IMG/VR virus record: IMGVR_UViG_3300030376_006415
Span: 1-56,637 of that record
DNA length: 56,637 nt
Source of the DNA: a virus
Taxonomy: Duplodnaviria > Caudoviricetes
Reading direction: 5' to 3' (one strand)
Below, one piece after another: positions 1-8,712 of this stretch. How positions within the stretch are numbered: position 1 is the first letter of the stretch; each line of letters opens with the position of its first letter. A program made the translations under genes and the position numbers. The notes below the pieces were generated by a model that saw only the letters and a program-made list of their open reading frames with translations, had not been told where the DNA came from and made no database searches.

Positions 1-154
1 TAGATATTAGACAATGGTATCTTAATGAAGAAACAGCTGAATGGAGGGCTGGAAGACAAGGAATTAGAATGACTCCAGCACAATGGTGCTTATTTCAATC
101 TATCTTAAATGATAATAAACTTATACTTTCAATGGATCTACCTGATGCTGAAGT
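1..154. repeat. Terminal direct overlap, copy 1 (circular assembly)
   Basis: 1-154 matches 56484-56637 except G78 vs T56561. Confidence 0.95.
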
Positions 155-251
155 TAATAATCATGTGGGATATTATAATGATGAAGTAAGTGATGCAATT
201 AATCGTGAAGCAACCGCTCAACCAACAATAGTTAAAGTATAAGGAGATAAG

Positions 252-482
252 ATGGCAGACGAAACTCAAAGTAGAAGTAGAACTACTATAAGTGATATTA
301 TATATTTCTACAAGCAGCAACTATCACGCTTTTATAAAATAGGTATTGGTAACAAGACTGAATTTAATACAGTCGTTACTGATAGACTATTAGATGCTAC
401 TCTTAGGAGACTAAAAGAGCTTCAAAGCAAAAGAGATACATTAATACATAATGCAAAGGTGAGTAAAAATGGCGCTAAATGA
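252..482 (+). CDS. Hypothetical protein
   Basis: ORF with AAGGAG RBS. Confidence 0.7.
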   Translation: MADETQSRSRTTISDIIYFYKQQLSRFYKIGIGNKTEFNTVVTDRLLDATLRRLKELQSKRDTLIHNAKVSKNGAK

Positions 483-735
483 TTATCATCATGTAGTATA
501 TATGTCTGTTAAGGATAAAAGTGGTAAGTTGGATGATTTTCCACTAAGACCATTTTTATATGAAGCAGAGGCGCAAGTTTATATTACTGGATATGTGGAT
601 GCTATAGTCAACCATACCAGTGAAGCTGATGAAGCTAAAGTAAGAGGCCAGTTTTCAATTCGAAATGTAGCTGGTGACATTGTTAACAATAATGAGGGTG
701 ATTCCTCAACAAATAAGGAGACAGAAAATGTCTAG
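469..735 (+). CDS. Hypothetical protein
   Basis: ORF overlapping both neighbours. Confidence 0.65.
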   Translation: MALNDYHHVVYMSVKDKSGKLDDFPLRPFLYEAEAQVYITGYVDAIVNHTSEADEAKVRGQFSIRNVAGDIVNNNEGDSSTNKETENV

Positions 736-1111
736 AACGATCAAAGTACTATCAGGTGGTGGATTCGTAACACAAGAAACACGATCTGAAACTATGTGTG
801 AACTGCGTGAAGAAATGGGTATATCATCCAATGCTTCAGCTGCAGTTGGTGGTGTGAATGTAAATAATTCATATCAATTACAAGAAGGGGATATCATTGC
901 ATTTGTAAACAATGATAAAACTGGTGGAACAGAACTAACTGTTGATATCAGCCTTGACAAAGAAGAGTTGTCAGTTCTATATACAGTATTGAATAGCTAT
1001 GTTAAAGAAAACATAGGATCAAATCATACTGGAGTAGAATTTGAAGATGCTCTTTGTACTAAGCTTGAAAATATACTTAGTGTATACAGGCTACAGGAAT
1101 CAATAGTATAA
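728..1111 (+). CDS. Ubiquitin-like (ThiS/MoaD-type beta-grasp) precursor: 67-aa Ubl ending in GG plus a 60-aa C-terminal extension
   Basis: AAGGAG RBS, ATG 728; ends ..YQLQEGDIIAFVNNDKTGG (L.EGD.I.F...GG signature); GG codons at 923-928. Confidence 0.8.
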   Translation: MSRTIKVLSGGGFVTQETRSETMCELREEMGISSNASAAVGGVNVNNSYQLQEGDIIAFVNNDKTGGTELTVDISLDKEELSVLYTVLNSYVKENIGSNHTGVEFEDALCTKLENILSVYRLQESIV

Positions 1112-1162
1112 TTGGTTGCCTCATCCTGAGCATGATATAAAAAGGCTCAAAATTTATATTTA

Positions 1163-1451
1163 ACCATAGCTTCTAAGATATAGCGAGCCAAATCTACTGA
1201 TAGTGTAGAATAGCATAGCTGCCTGATCTTAGACTTGAACATAACAGGTGAGATGCGAACGAACAAAGTTCATGAGGCATACTGTATAATTTGTTGCTAT
1301 GGTATTCTTACCGCACTCTGGCATAAAGCTGGGAATCAACCTTAAGTAACCCTTCTTAAGCTCAGCTCCAGAGTGCATTCCTATTCCCCTACTAGTTAAT
1401 ATCAAGTGATTTTTGCTATCTGTTGACCACGAATTGACAGAGAGTAGGGGA
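1163..1451 (+). ncRNA. Putative structured RNA cluster (three consecutive stem-closed modules)
   Basis: ACCATAGC/GCTATGGT (1163-1303), GCACTCTGG/CCAGAGTGC (1313-1376), TCCCCTACT/AGTAGGGGA (1385-1451), each with inner helices; ORF-free gap. Confidence 0.5.
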
Positions 1452-1479
1452 TTAAATTCAATAAAAACAAGGAGTTGCA

Positions 1480-1701
1480 GTGATATCTAAAATATATGAA
1501 AGCAATCAAATACTATTTAAATCAGGAACTCGTAAAGGTAAAACTAAATATCATATCGCTCTTGCTATACAAAAGAGAAAGATGAAACAGTTCCAGGATA
1601 AAGAATTTATTGTATTTCTTGAAAAGAAAGTCAAGGAATATGATAATAGATGGAAGAAGAAACGAAAGAACCAAAAGAAGAAAAAGAAAGGGAAAAAGTA
1701 A
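1480..1701 (+). CDS. Small Lys-rich basic protein
   Basis: AAGGAG RBS, GTG start, poly-K tail. Confidence 0.6.
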   Translation: MISKIYESNQILFKSGTRKGKTKYHIALAIQKRKMKQFQDKEFIVFLEKKVKEYDNRWKKKRKNQKKKKKGKK

Positions 1702-2040
1702 ATGTATTATAATACTAATGATGAAGAAGGTCAGGACTTAAGGGATTCATGGACTCAAACGGCAAATCAAAATGATTTAATACTACAATTCTTTATAGAT
1801 AATCCTGATCAATTATTTACACCAGATGAAATACATCATATGTGTGAAGTATGTGATAGAGATTGGCCAATAACTAGTATTCGTAGAGCGATATCTACTT
1901 TAACTAAAGCTGGTAACTTAACTAAAACAGATGAGTTACGGGAAGGTAAGTATGGGAAGAAAACACACGCATGGCAATATGCTGCGCAAATACGTAGAGA
2001 TATTAATGACACAGATATTCCAGGAGAAAGGGATTACTGA
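1702..2040 (+). CDS. Winged-helix DNA-binding protein
   Basis: ILQFF..FTPDEIH..ITSIRRAISTLTKAGNL followed by a beta-wing. Confidence 0.65.
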   Translation: MYYNTNDEEGQDLRDSWTQTANQNDLILQFFIDNPDQLFTPDEIHHMCEVCDRDWPITSIRRAISTLTKAGNLTKTDELREGKYGKKTHAWQYAAQIRRDINDTDIPGERDY

Positions 2041-2215
2041 TTTTGAATGGAAAGAATGTCTTGGTTCTAATCAGCTATATTTTAGAATAGGGTATTATGA
2101 TAAATTCTTATTGGATAATGGACTAGAGGATATATTTGAAGAGTTTGAAGATTTTGATCCAGACTGTGGAGCGATATTTTCATATTATTTAAGGGAGACA
2201 AATAAAAATGCATAA
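1931..2215 (+). CDS. Hypothetical protein (start probably downstream, near MTQIF)
   Basis: ORF filling the gap between neighbours. Confidence 0.5.
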   Translation: MSYGKVSMGRKHTHGNMLRKYVEILMTQIFQEKGITDFEWKECLGSNQLYFRIGYYDKFLLDNGLEDIFEEFEDFDPDCGAIFSYYLRETNKNA

Positions 2216-2402
2216 AAATGGACAGTCAGACCCACTAAAGAGTTGTGATTCATGCAGGGCAGTATGGCATAAATCAACAGTTTTAGTTGAGATGTATAAA
2301 AAAGGAGGATATAGTTATTATTATGACTTTCCTCATTATGGATTAGAAAAGAAAGAATGCCCAAATTGTGAGGAGTCAAAGTATGAGTTCAGCAACGCTT
2401 AA
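2208..2402 (+). CDS. Zinc-ribbon protein
   Basis: CDSC...CPNC. Confidence 0.65.
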   Translation: MHKNGQSDPLKSCDSCRAVWHKSTVLVEMYKKGGYSYYYDFPHYGLEKKECPNCEESKYEFSNA

Positions 2403-3705
2403 CGCAACAAACAACTTCCTTAGCGGAATGGATAATATCGATGATATTATAGAAAGAATAGCATTAGGACCACAGGAAGAAGTCTTGAATTTAATACAAA
2501 ATTTAAATTTCAGATGGAATACTGACTTTAGATGTACACCTACATTTAGATGGCAGCCTGGATTCTATAAGAAGTTAACAGAAGAGGCAGGTAAGATATC
2601 CAATGTTAATAGACAGAAGAATAAAGTATCTACATATAGGAATCAAATCAGCAATGCCAGATGGGCTATAGACCAATTCTTAACTAAGGTAGATGAGATA
2701 GATCAAAAGTTATACTTCTTGAGGAATGGCGGAATAGTATTTCAAGACAATACAGATGAAGTCAACCGTGTACTTAATGAGTATAAAGATAATATAGAGT
2801 CTACTATGTCAAGTGCAATGCAGCTATATCCACATATGAATATATCTGTATATCATGGCTTACATGTAAACGGTAGAGTACATAGAGCTCGATCTAGTAC
2901 AAATCATGCAGTTTCATTTCATGTTTATATTGAAGGAGTAAATACTAATATAAATATAGGTGGAGAGACTGTTGAAGTACCAATGGGTGATTTAGATGTA
3001 ATCATTTCTGTAGATCTAGTGAAGAACATTATGAATAGGATTAGAGGCACTCGTAGTATATCAGAAGGACATTCTGGTGGTGGTCATACTAATCCTTGGA
3101 ATGGTGCTATATTTCATCCACAAGAACCTGAAACATTATTTCCATATATATCTCAAGAACAGTGGAATAGAGACCAGCTTGAAGTTACATTTGCTGAAGG
3201 TCAAAATACAGGTTCTAGATTTAGTAATGTATGCTTTGGTAGCTTTGATACAGACATAAGACAAGCTACTTGGCAAGGTGATATATTAGCCTTGTTTACA
3301 TATCTAAATGGTTGGACAAAGAACTTCAATGTTGGAAGTACAGGTCCACTAAATAGCTATACTAAAATGTTTCATGGTATATGGCCTGAGATGCAGACAG
3401 AAGTATGGGAGTCAGCTGGCAATATGACTAATACACATAGAATGACTGATTGTAGGTATGCAAATGTATTAAATCAAGAGCAACCAGATATGGAAACATC
3501 TTATTGCGAAAGATATAATTGCGTTCTTCGCAACAGCTGTCCTTCGTATAGAGATTTATATCTACCTACAGAAGAAATAGATGATGGTGGTGAACTAGCT
3601 GATCAAGATGGTGAAACTCCATTTGGGCCAGAGTTAAATAGGTTAACAGAAGCTGAGATATTAGAAATGTATCAAGGCGTAAATACAGTAGACATAAGGA
3701 GATAA
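2383..3705 (+). CDS. Putative prokaryotic E2-like (UBC-fold) protein with N-terminal helical region and C-terminal Cys cluster
   Basis: GAGGAG then ATG 2383; LFPYIS...SNVCFG resembles the E2 HP.h...G.hCLG motif; lies directly upstream of JAB and ThiF genes. Confidence 0.55.
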   Translation: MSSATLNATNNFLSGMDNIDDIIERIALGPQEEVLNLIQNLNFRWNTDFRCTPTFRWQPGFYKKLTEEAGKISNVNRQKNKVSTYRNQISNARWAIDQFLTKVDEIDQKLYFLRNGGIVFQDNTDEVNRVLNEYKDNIESTMSSAMQLYPHMNISVYHGLHVNGRVHRARSSTNHAVSFHVYIEGVNTNINIGGETVEVPMGDLDVIISVDLVKNIMNRIRGTRSISEGHSGGGHTNPWNGAIFHPQEPETLFPYISQEQWNRDQLEVTFAEGQNTGSRFSNVCFGSFDTDIRQATWQGDILALFTYLNGWTKNFNVGSTGPLNSYTKMFHGIWPEMQTEVWESAGNMTNTHRMTDCRYANVLNQEQPDMETSYCERYNCVLRNSCPSYRDLYLPTEEIDDGGELADQDGETPFGPELNRLTEAEILEMYQGVNTVDIRR

Positions 3706-3706
3706 G

Positions 3707-4642
3707 ATGAATCAAGACTTTTATATAAGTGAGAAAGACTGGAACAAAATCCAGAATTATGCTCAAGCAGCTTATGATGATAGTAAATCTGAGATAGGTG
3801 GTATGTTAGTAGCTATTGAAGATGAGGATGGTGACTGGGAATTAAAAGATCCAGTTATCTTAAAGCAACAAATAAGTGCAGGTAATTGTGTGTTAGATAA
3901 AGATGATCTAGCGCTATATTATACTAAAGTGGGAACTAAACTCAAAAAGAAAAACTTTCGCTTTGTATGGTGGCATAGTCATCACACAATGAAGGCTTTT
4001 TGGTCGGGTACAGACTTAACTGCTATTAAAGAATATTCAGATGGTGACTTTAGCTTTGCTTTAGTTGTAAATCTTGATGAAGAATATAAGTTAAGAGTGT
4101 CTGTATGGAAGCCATTTGAGGTACATGAAGATGTAGATCTTAGCATTATAACTAAGGAAAAGAAAGTTCCTCAAAGAATACAAGATGAGGTTGCTGATAA
4201 ATGTTCTCGTATTATCCCTCAATATACTACCTATAATAAAGGGAAATATACTGCGGGAAAGTCGAGTCAGATGACTCTAATAGATACCAAGGATACCAAA
4301 GTTGGTGGTCCAAAGTATAGCCAAGAGTTATCTGGTGATTCTCCTGATTACATCTATGCTTATAATATGGTAGATGAGATGAATAAAAAATACTGTGATG
4401 GTAGGTTGACATATGAGGGATGGATAACTATGGCTAAAGATATTAACCACTTACTAAAGAGTACTTATAATAGTATTTATAGAATAGAGTTAGTAACAGA
4501 GCCTGTATTAGAATCTCAAGTTATGTTAGCAACACCTCATGAGTATATAGCAATTGACCTTACAGATGAAGCACAAGTTGAAGCTGAATGGGATGATTGG
4601 ATAGACTATAAATCTTATAACGCATCATATGGAGTAGACTAA
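3707..4642 (+). CDS. JAB/MPN+ (JAMM) metalloisopeptidase
   Basis: EIGG and WWHSHHTMKAFWSGTD (E..HxH..S..D). Confidence 0.9.
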   Translation: MNQDFYISEKDWNKIQNYAQAAYDDSKSEIGGMLVAIEDEDGDWELKDPVILKQQISAGNCVLDKDDLALYYTKVGTKLKKKNFRFVWWHSHHTMKAFWSGTDLTAIKEYSDGDFSFALVVNLDEEYKLRVSVWKPFEVHEDVDLSIITKEKKVPQRIQDEVADKCSRIIPQYTTYNKGKYTAGKSSQMTLIDTKDTKVGGPKYSQELSGDSPDYIYAYNMVDEMNKKYCDGRLTYEGWITMAKDINHLLKSTYNSIYRIELVTEPVLESQVMLATPHEYIAIDLTDEAQVEAEWDDWIDYKSYNASYGVD

Positions 4643-5301
4643 TGATAAATACAAGATCATCAGAGTTAGTGAATAACTTAGAAGATTTTACTTTTCACAT
4701 ATTGGGTTGCGGGGCTATAGGTAGCTCTGCAGCCTTACAAATAGCTAGAATGGGCGCTGATCAATTCTGTCTATATGATATGGATAAAGTAGAAGAAGTA
4801 AATATAGGTGTATCTCAATATACCTTTAACGATGTAGACAAACCTAAAGTAGAAGCATTGCATAATCATCTAATAGAATTAGGTGTTTTCAAAGTGAATA
4901 CATACAATGAGAGATTCTCAGAGTTTTATCCACAGGGAGAGAATGACATTGCTATACTTGGGTTTGATTCTATGTCGTCAAGATTACAAGCAGTAGAGGC
5001 ATTGTTTGGTATACCAGGAGTAAAGCCATTATACATAATTGATGGCCGTATGGGAGCTGAACACTATCAACAATATGTGTTTGATAAACCTACTGTAAGT
5101 AAATACAAAAAGACCTGGTATTCAGATGAGAGTGGTAGCCCAGAGCCTTGCAATGCAAAGGCAACAAGTTATTGTTCTAATCTATCAGGTAGTATGATAG
5201 CAAATACGGTAAGGAAACTCGTTACAGGACAACCATTTAACAGGTCATTTTCGTTTAATTTCCCGACAATGTTATTGGAAAAAACAGTCATGGTGTCGTA
5301 A
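4642..5301 (+). CDS. ThiF/MoeB/E1-family adenylyltransferase
   Basis: GCGAIGS, DMDKVEEVN..Q, K, GFDS, IDGR; candidate catalytic Cys in PEPCNAK. Confidence 0.92.
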   Translation: MINTRSSELVNNLEDFTFHILGCGAIGSSAALQIARMGADQFCLYDMDKVEEVNIGVSQYTFNDVDKPKVEALHNHLIELGVFKVNTYNERFSEFYPQGENDIAILGFDSMSSRLQAVEALFGIPGVKPLYIIDGRMGAEHYQQYVFDKPTVSKYKKTWYSDESGSPEPCNAKATSYCSNLSGSMIANTVRKLVTGQPFNRSFSFNFPTMLLEKTVMVS

Positions 5302-5343
5302 ATTACATACGCATTTCGAAACGCAAATCCTTATTTGTAATTA

Positions 5344-5371
5344 AGAGGGGTGGTATATCTGCCCCTTTTTT
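5344..5371 (+). terminator. Intrinsic terminator after the E1 gene
   Basis: GGGGTGG-TATAT-CTGCCCC followed by a T tract. Confidence 0.65.
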
Positions 5372-5393
5372 CACCCCCTAAATAGGAGACTTA

Positions 5394-5882
5394 ATGTCTG
5401 AAAATAAAGGAACCACAACCGTGGAAGATTACATAACGCCAGAAGATCTTGATATAGAGATTATTGAGCAAACAATGTCAGATACTATAGGTAAGTTGGC
5501 AGGAGCTTTAGCTAAAGCCCAATCAGCTATGACTATGATAGAAGGCAAAAGTACTAATCCATTCTTTAATAGTAAATATGCAAGTTTAGCTGCTGTATTA
5601 GAAGTAGCAATGCCTGCATTAAATTCTAATGAGATTGCATTAGTTCAAGGTAATAGATGGGATAACCATGATAATGGTTTTTACATCACAAGCATGTTAA
5701 TGCATTCATCAGGTGAGTGGATTAAGAGTGAAATAAGAATGCCTATAGCAAAGAAAGACGCTCATGGTATTGGAGCTGCTACTACATATGGACGTAGATA
5801 TCTATTGTCATCTATGGTTGGTGTAGCACAAGCAGATGATGATGGTAACGGTGCAATATCAAAAGCACCAAGAAAACAGTAA
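5394..5882 (+). CDS. erf: ERF-family ssDNA annealing protein
   Basis: NPFFNSKYA, GAATTYGRRY, DDDG motifs. Confidence 0.9.
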   Translation: MSENKGTTTVEDYITPEDLDIEIIEQTMSDTIGKLAGALAKAQSAMTMIEGKSTNPFFNSKYASLAAVLEVAMPALNSNEIALVQGNRWDNHDNGFYITSMLMHSSGEWIKSEIRMPIAKKDAHGIGAATTYGRRYLLSSMVGVAQADDDGNGAISKAPRKQ

Positions 5883-5896
5883 AGGAGAGATAGAAA

Positions 5897-6421
5897 ATGG
5901 CAAGAACATTAACACTTCCTAAAAGAGGAACAGGTCAATGGACTGAAGGCTGGCATACACTTGAAATAAGCAATGCTTCATATGGTAACTGGAATGATAC
6001 AAAATATATAGATGTATTATTCAAGGATTATCCTGATAACTTCAATATGCGTATATATGAAAAAATAGGTAAAGATGGTGAAGAATTTGCTATCGGTAAC
6101 TTATTTCGATTTGCAAACGCAGGTATTACTGATGCATTAGAAAGTGCAGAAGGTGAAACTGTTATCAAGATGAATGATGATGCTGAAGAACTAATAGGAA
6201 AAACTATCAATGCGTATTTTTACAAAGATGGTAAGTTCTCAAGAGTTCTAGGTCAAATTGCACCTGTTCCATTTAAGAATGTTGTAGATGAGTTTACTGA
6301 TAAAGATGTTGAATACTTTAAAGGTAAAGCTGAATCATTCTTTAGCAAATGGATAGAGCCAAAGTTAAAAGATGAGCCACATGAAGAGACTACCACAGAA
6401 ACAAGTGATATTCCCTTCTAG
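5897..6421 (+). CDS. Putative single-stranded DNA-binding protein
   Basis: Acidic tail ending DIPF; lies between ERF and primase. Confidence 0.6.
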   Translation: MARTLTLPKRGTGQWTEGWHTLEISNASYGNWNDTKYIDVLFKDYPDNFNMRIYEKIGKDGEEFAIGNLFRFANAGITDALESAEGETVIKMNDDAEELIGKTINAYFYKDGKFSRVLGQIAPVPFKNVVDEFTDKDVEYFKGKAESFFSKWIEPKLKDEPHEETTTETSDIPF

Positions 6422-6443
6422 GCAATAATATAAACCGGTAATA

Positions 6444-6480
6444 AGAGCCCACTGAAATAAAAAGAGTAAGTGGGCTTTTG
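6444..6480 (+). terminator. Possible terminator hairpin
   Basis: GAGCCCACT...AGTGGGCTTTT. Confidence 0.45.
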
Positions 6481-6500
6481 TATTTAAATAAGGAGATTAA

Positions 6501-8285
6501 ATGATAAAGGAATTTGCTTTTGGATTAGCAGAAAGGCATTATTTTCAAGATTCAGGTCAAGTATGCGATTGGATGAATATAGATAAAGATACTTATATGT
6601 CTTTATATGATTTTGATGATGGTATAAAAGACTATTTTGGAAAGAAAAATAGTTTATCTGGGTTTGATGGACTTGTATATATTCCAGATGAATTTATTTT
6701 AGATGTAGATGGTAAAGATAAGAATGATTTAGATAATGCAAGAAAGAAAACTATTGGACTATTATTATTGCTTGACGATCTTGATATACCTTACCGTTTG
6801 TACTTTAGCGGAAACAAAGGATTCCACGTTGGAATACCAGGTACTGCTTTTCGTTGGAAACCCGATAATAATTTGCATCTTAAAGTCAAAGATGCATTAA
6901 ATAGTGCTGGTGTTTTTGAATATGCTGATCCATCAGTAACGGATAAAACAAGATTAATAAGGGTAACCAATACAAAGAACTTAAAAGGTAACCTATGGAA
7001 AAGATTAATACCAAAAGATACATTGAATGAAGAAGATATTAATTCAGCAATAGCGAAATTATGCTGTATGCCTGGAGATGTACCTGATTTTGAGCTTGAA
7101 TGTGAGCCAGTATTTGATGTTCTAGAAAGGAATAAGAGTGAAGAAGTTAAAACTCCTGAATTTATTAGTCAAGGCAGGAATCCTGATCCAGTTAATTACC
7201 CCTGCATATCTAATATGCTTGCTAGTAACGCACAAGGTGAACGTCACGCAACTGCTTTACGTCTCTCTGCTTGGTTTCGTTGGCTCTACCCTGAGTCAGT
7301 TGTTCGTGTTGTCATGGAGCAATGGAGACAGCAAGTAGATGACCCTAAGAGTCCATTTACAGCTAAGGAAATGGAAAGTATAGTAAAAAGTGCATATGAA
7401 TCCCATGGAGGTCAAGGAAATAGATATGGGTGCAAAGATACCATAATGGATAAGCATTGTTCTGAAACTTGTAAATTATATAAGTCTAAGAAAAGTCAAT
7501 CAGTTATGGACTCAAGTGCTATGGAAGAAAGTCTAATAAACTTCTTGAGAAGTGATATAAATCCAATCAATCTTGGAACTATATTCCCAGGAGAAGACTT
7601 CCCTATATATCCAGGAGAGGTTGTTATAATCCAGGCTCCACCTAAATCTATGAAAACAATGTTTCTACAAAATTTAGTAAACGGTTTAAAAAGACCTACA
7701 TACTTTATAGAAATGGAAATGTCACCAAGGCAAATATGGTCTAGGTTTGTTCAAATAGAGATGGGTTGGTCTGAAGATGATCTTAGAGAGCATTATCAGA
7801 AAATGAGAAATGGCATGGATAAGCGCTTTAAGTGGTTAACAGTGGACTATTCATCTCCTTATGCTAATGAGTTAGAGAAAAGAATAGCTATGTTACCAGT
7901 AAAACCTGAAATAGTTGTTGTTGATCATATGGGACTTTTCAAGTCTAAGCAAAGAGATCCTAATATGAAAACAGAAGAAGCATCTCAGGCTATGATGGAA
8001 TTAGCAGTTAAGCATAATATAATAGTATTTTCGGTCTCTGAAATAACCAAAGGTGCATTTCATGAAGGTAATATGAATATAGCATCAGCTAAAGGTTCCT
8101 TTAGGACAGCATATAATACTAATAAATTGCTATCAGTTATACCATCAAAGAGTAAGTCAACAGGTCTAATAGAGCAATTAAGAGTTAGGTGTGAAGCTAA
8201 CAGAGAAAGAGAACATATTGATGTTAGGCTTAATGTAATAAATAATAGAATAGTAAAGGAGAGTTATGAAGAAAGAGATATTTAA
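6501..8285 (+). CDS. AEP primase(-polymerase) fused to a PriL-CTD-like domain and an SF4/RecA-fold helicase
   Basis: LDVD and FSGNKGFH (AEP motifs); PC..H..L..F..GC..C...C; APPKSMKT Walker A variant; VVVDH Walker B. Confidence 0.85.
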   Translation: MIKEFAFGLAERHYFQDSGQVCDWMNIDKDTYMSLYDFDDGIKDYFGKKNSLSGFDGLVYIPDEFILDVDGKDKNDLDNARKKTIGLLLLLDDLDIPYRLYFSGNKGFHVGIPGTAFRWKPDNNLHLKVKDALNSAGVFEYADPSVTDKTRLIRVTNTKNLKGNLWKRLIPKDTLNEEDINSAIAKLCCMPGDVPDFELECEPVFDVLERNKSEEVKTPEFISQGRNPDPVNYPCISNMLASNAQGERHATALRLSAWFRWLYPESVVRVVMEQWRQQVDDPKSPFTAKEMESIVKSAYESHGGQGNRYGCKDTIMDKHCSETCKLYKSKKSQSVMDSSAMEESLINFLRSDINPINLGTIFPGEDFPIYPGEVVIIQAPPKSMKTMFLQNLVNGLKRPTYFIEMEMSPRQIWSRFVQIEMGWSEDDLREHYQKMRNGMDKRFKWLTVDYSSPYANELEKRIAMLPVKPEIVVVDHMGLFKSKQRDPNMKTEEASQAMMELAVKHNIIVFSVSEITKGAFHEGNMNIASAKGSFRTAYNTNKLLSVIPSKSKSTGLIEQLRVRCEANREREHIDVRLNVINNRIVKESYEERDI

Positions 8286-8712
8286 TGAATTATTCTTAGA
8301 TATAATGATGAAAGTAAAGAAAACACGTGATGAAGGACAGAAAGAATATGCGCATACAGAAGAAAATGTATTTGCTAATTTTGAACGTGTTGCCAATAGT
8401 CTAGACATATCTAGGGAGCAGTCATTAATGGTCTATCTTATGAAACATATGGATGGTATTAATGCATGGATTAAAGGTCATAAATCACAAAGAGAAGATG
8501 TCACTGGTAGAATTACAGATGCCATTGTATATTTATGCTTATTGTGGGGTATGTCTACAGAAGAAGCAATATCTGAACTGAACTCGGGAGAGGAAATAGA
8601 TGCATTCTTTGATGAGAAAGGATTTGTTCCGTCATCAACACCTAACGGATCAGTATTCAATCCAGATACAGGAGAAGTATCCTATCAAGCAACAGGAGAT
8701 GAAACAGTATGA
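8266..8712 (+). CDS. DUF1599/MazG-like all-alpha nucleotide-metabolism-associated protein
   Basis: EYA..NVFANFE..LMKH..D.IVYL pattern. Confidence 0.55.
   Translation: MKKEIFNELFLDIMMKVKKTRDEGQKEYAHTEENVFANFERVANSLDISREQSLMVYLMKHMDGINAWIKGHKSQREDVTGRITDAIVYLCLLWGMSTEEAISELNSGEEIDAFFDEKGFVPSSTPNGSVFNPDTGEVSYQATGDETV

Noticed and set aside
1-154. Biological direct terminal repeat
   Set aside because: It falls mid-gene and is centred on a SNP with k-mer-sized flanks, so an assembly overlap is the better explanation
674-727. Longer N-terminus for the Ubl ORF
   Set aside because: The strong RBS precedes ATG 728, and the extension overlaps the upstream gene
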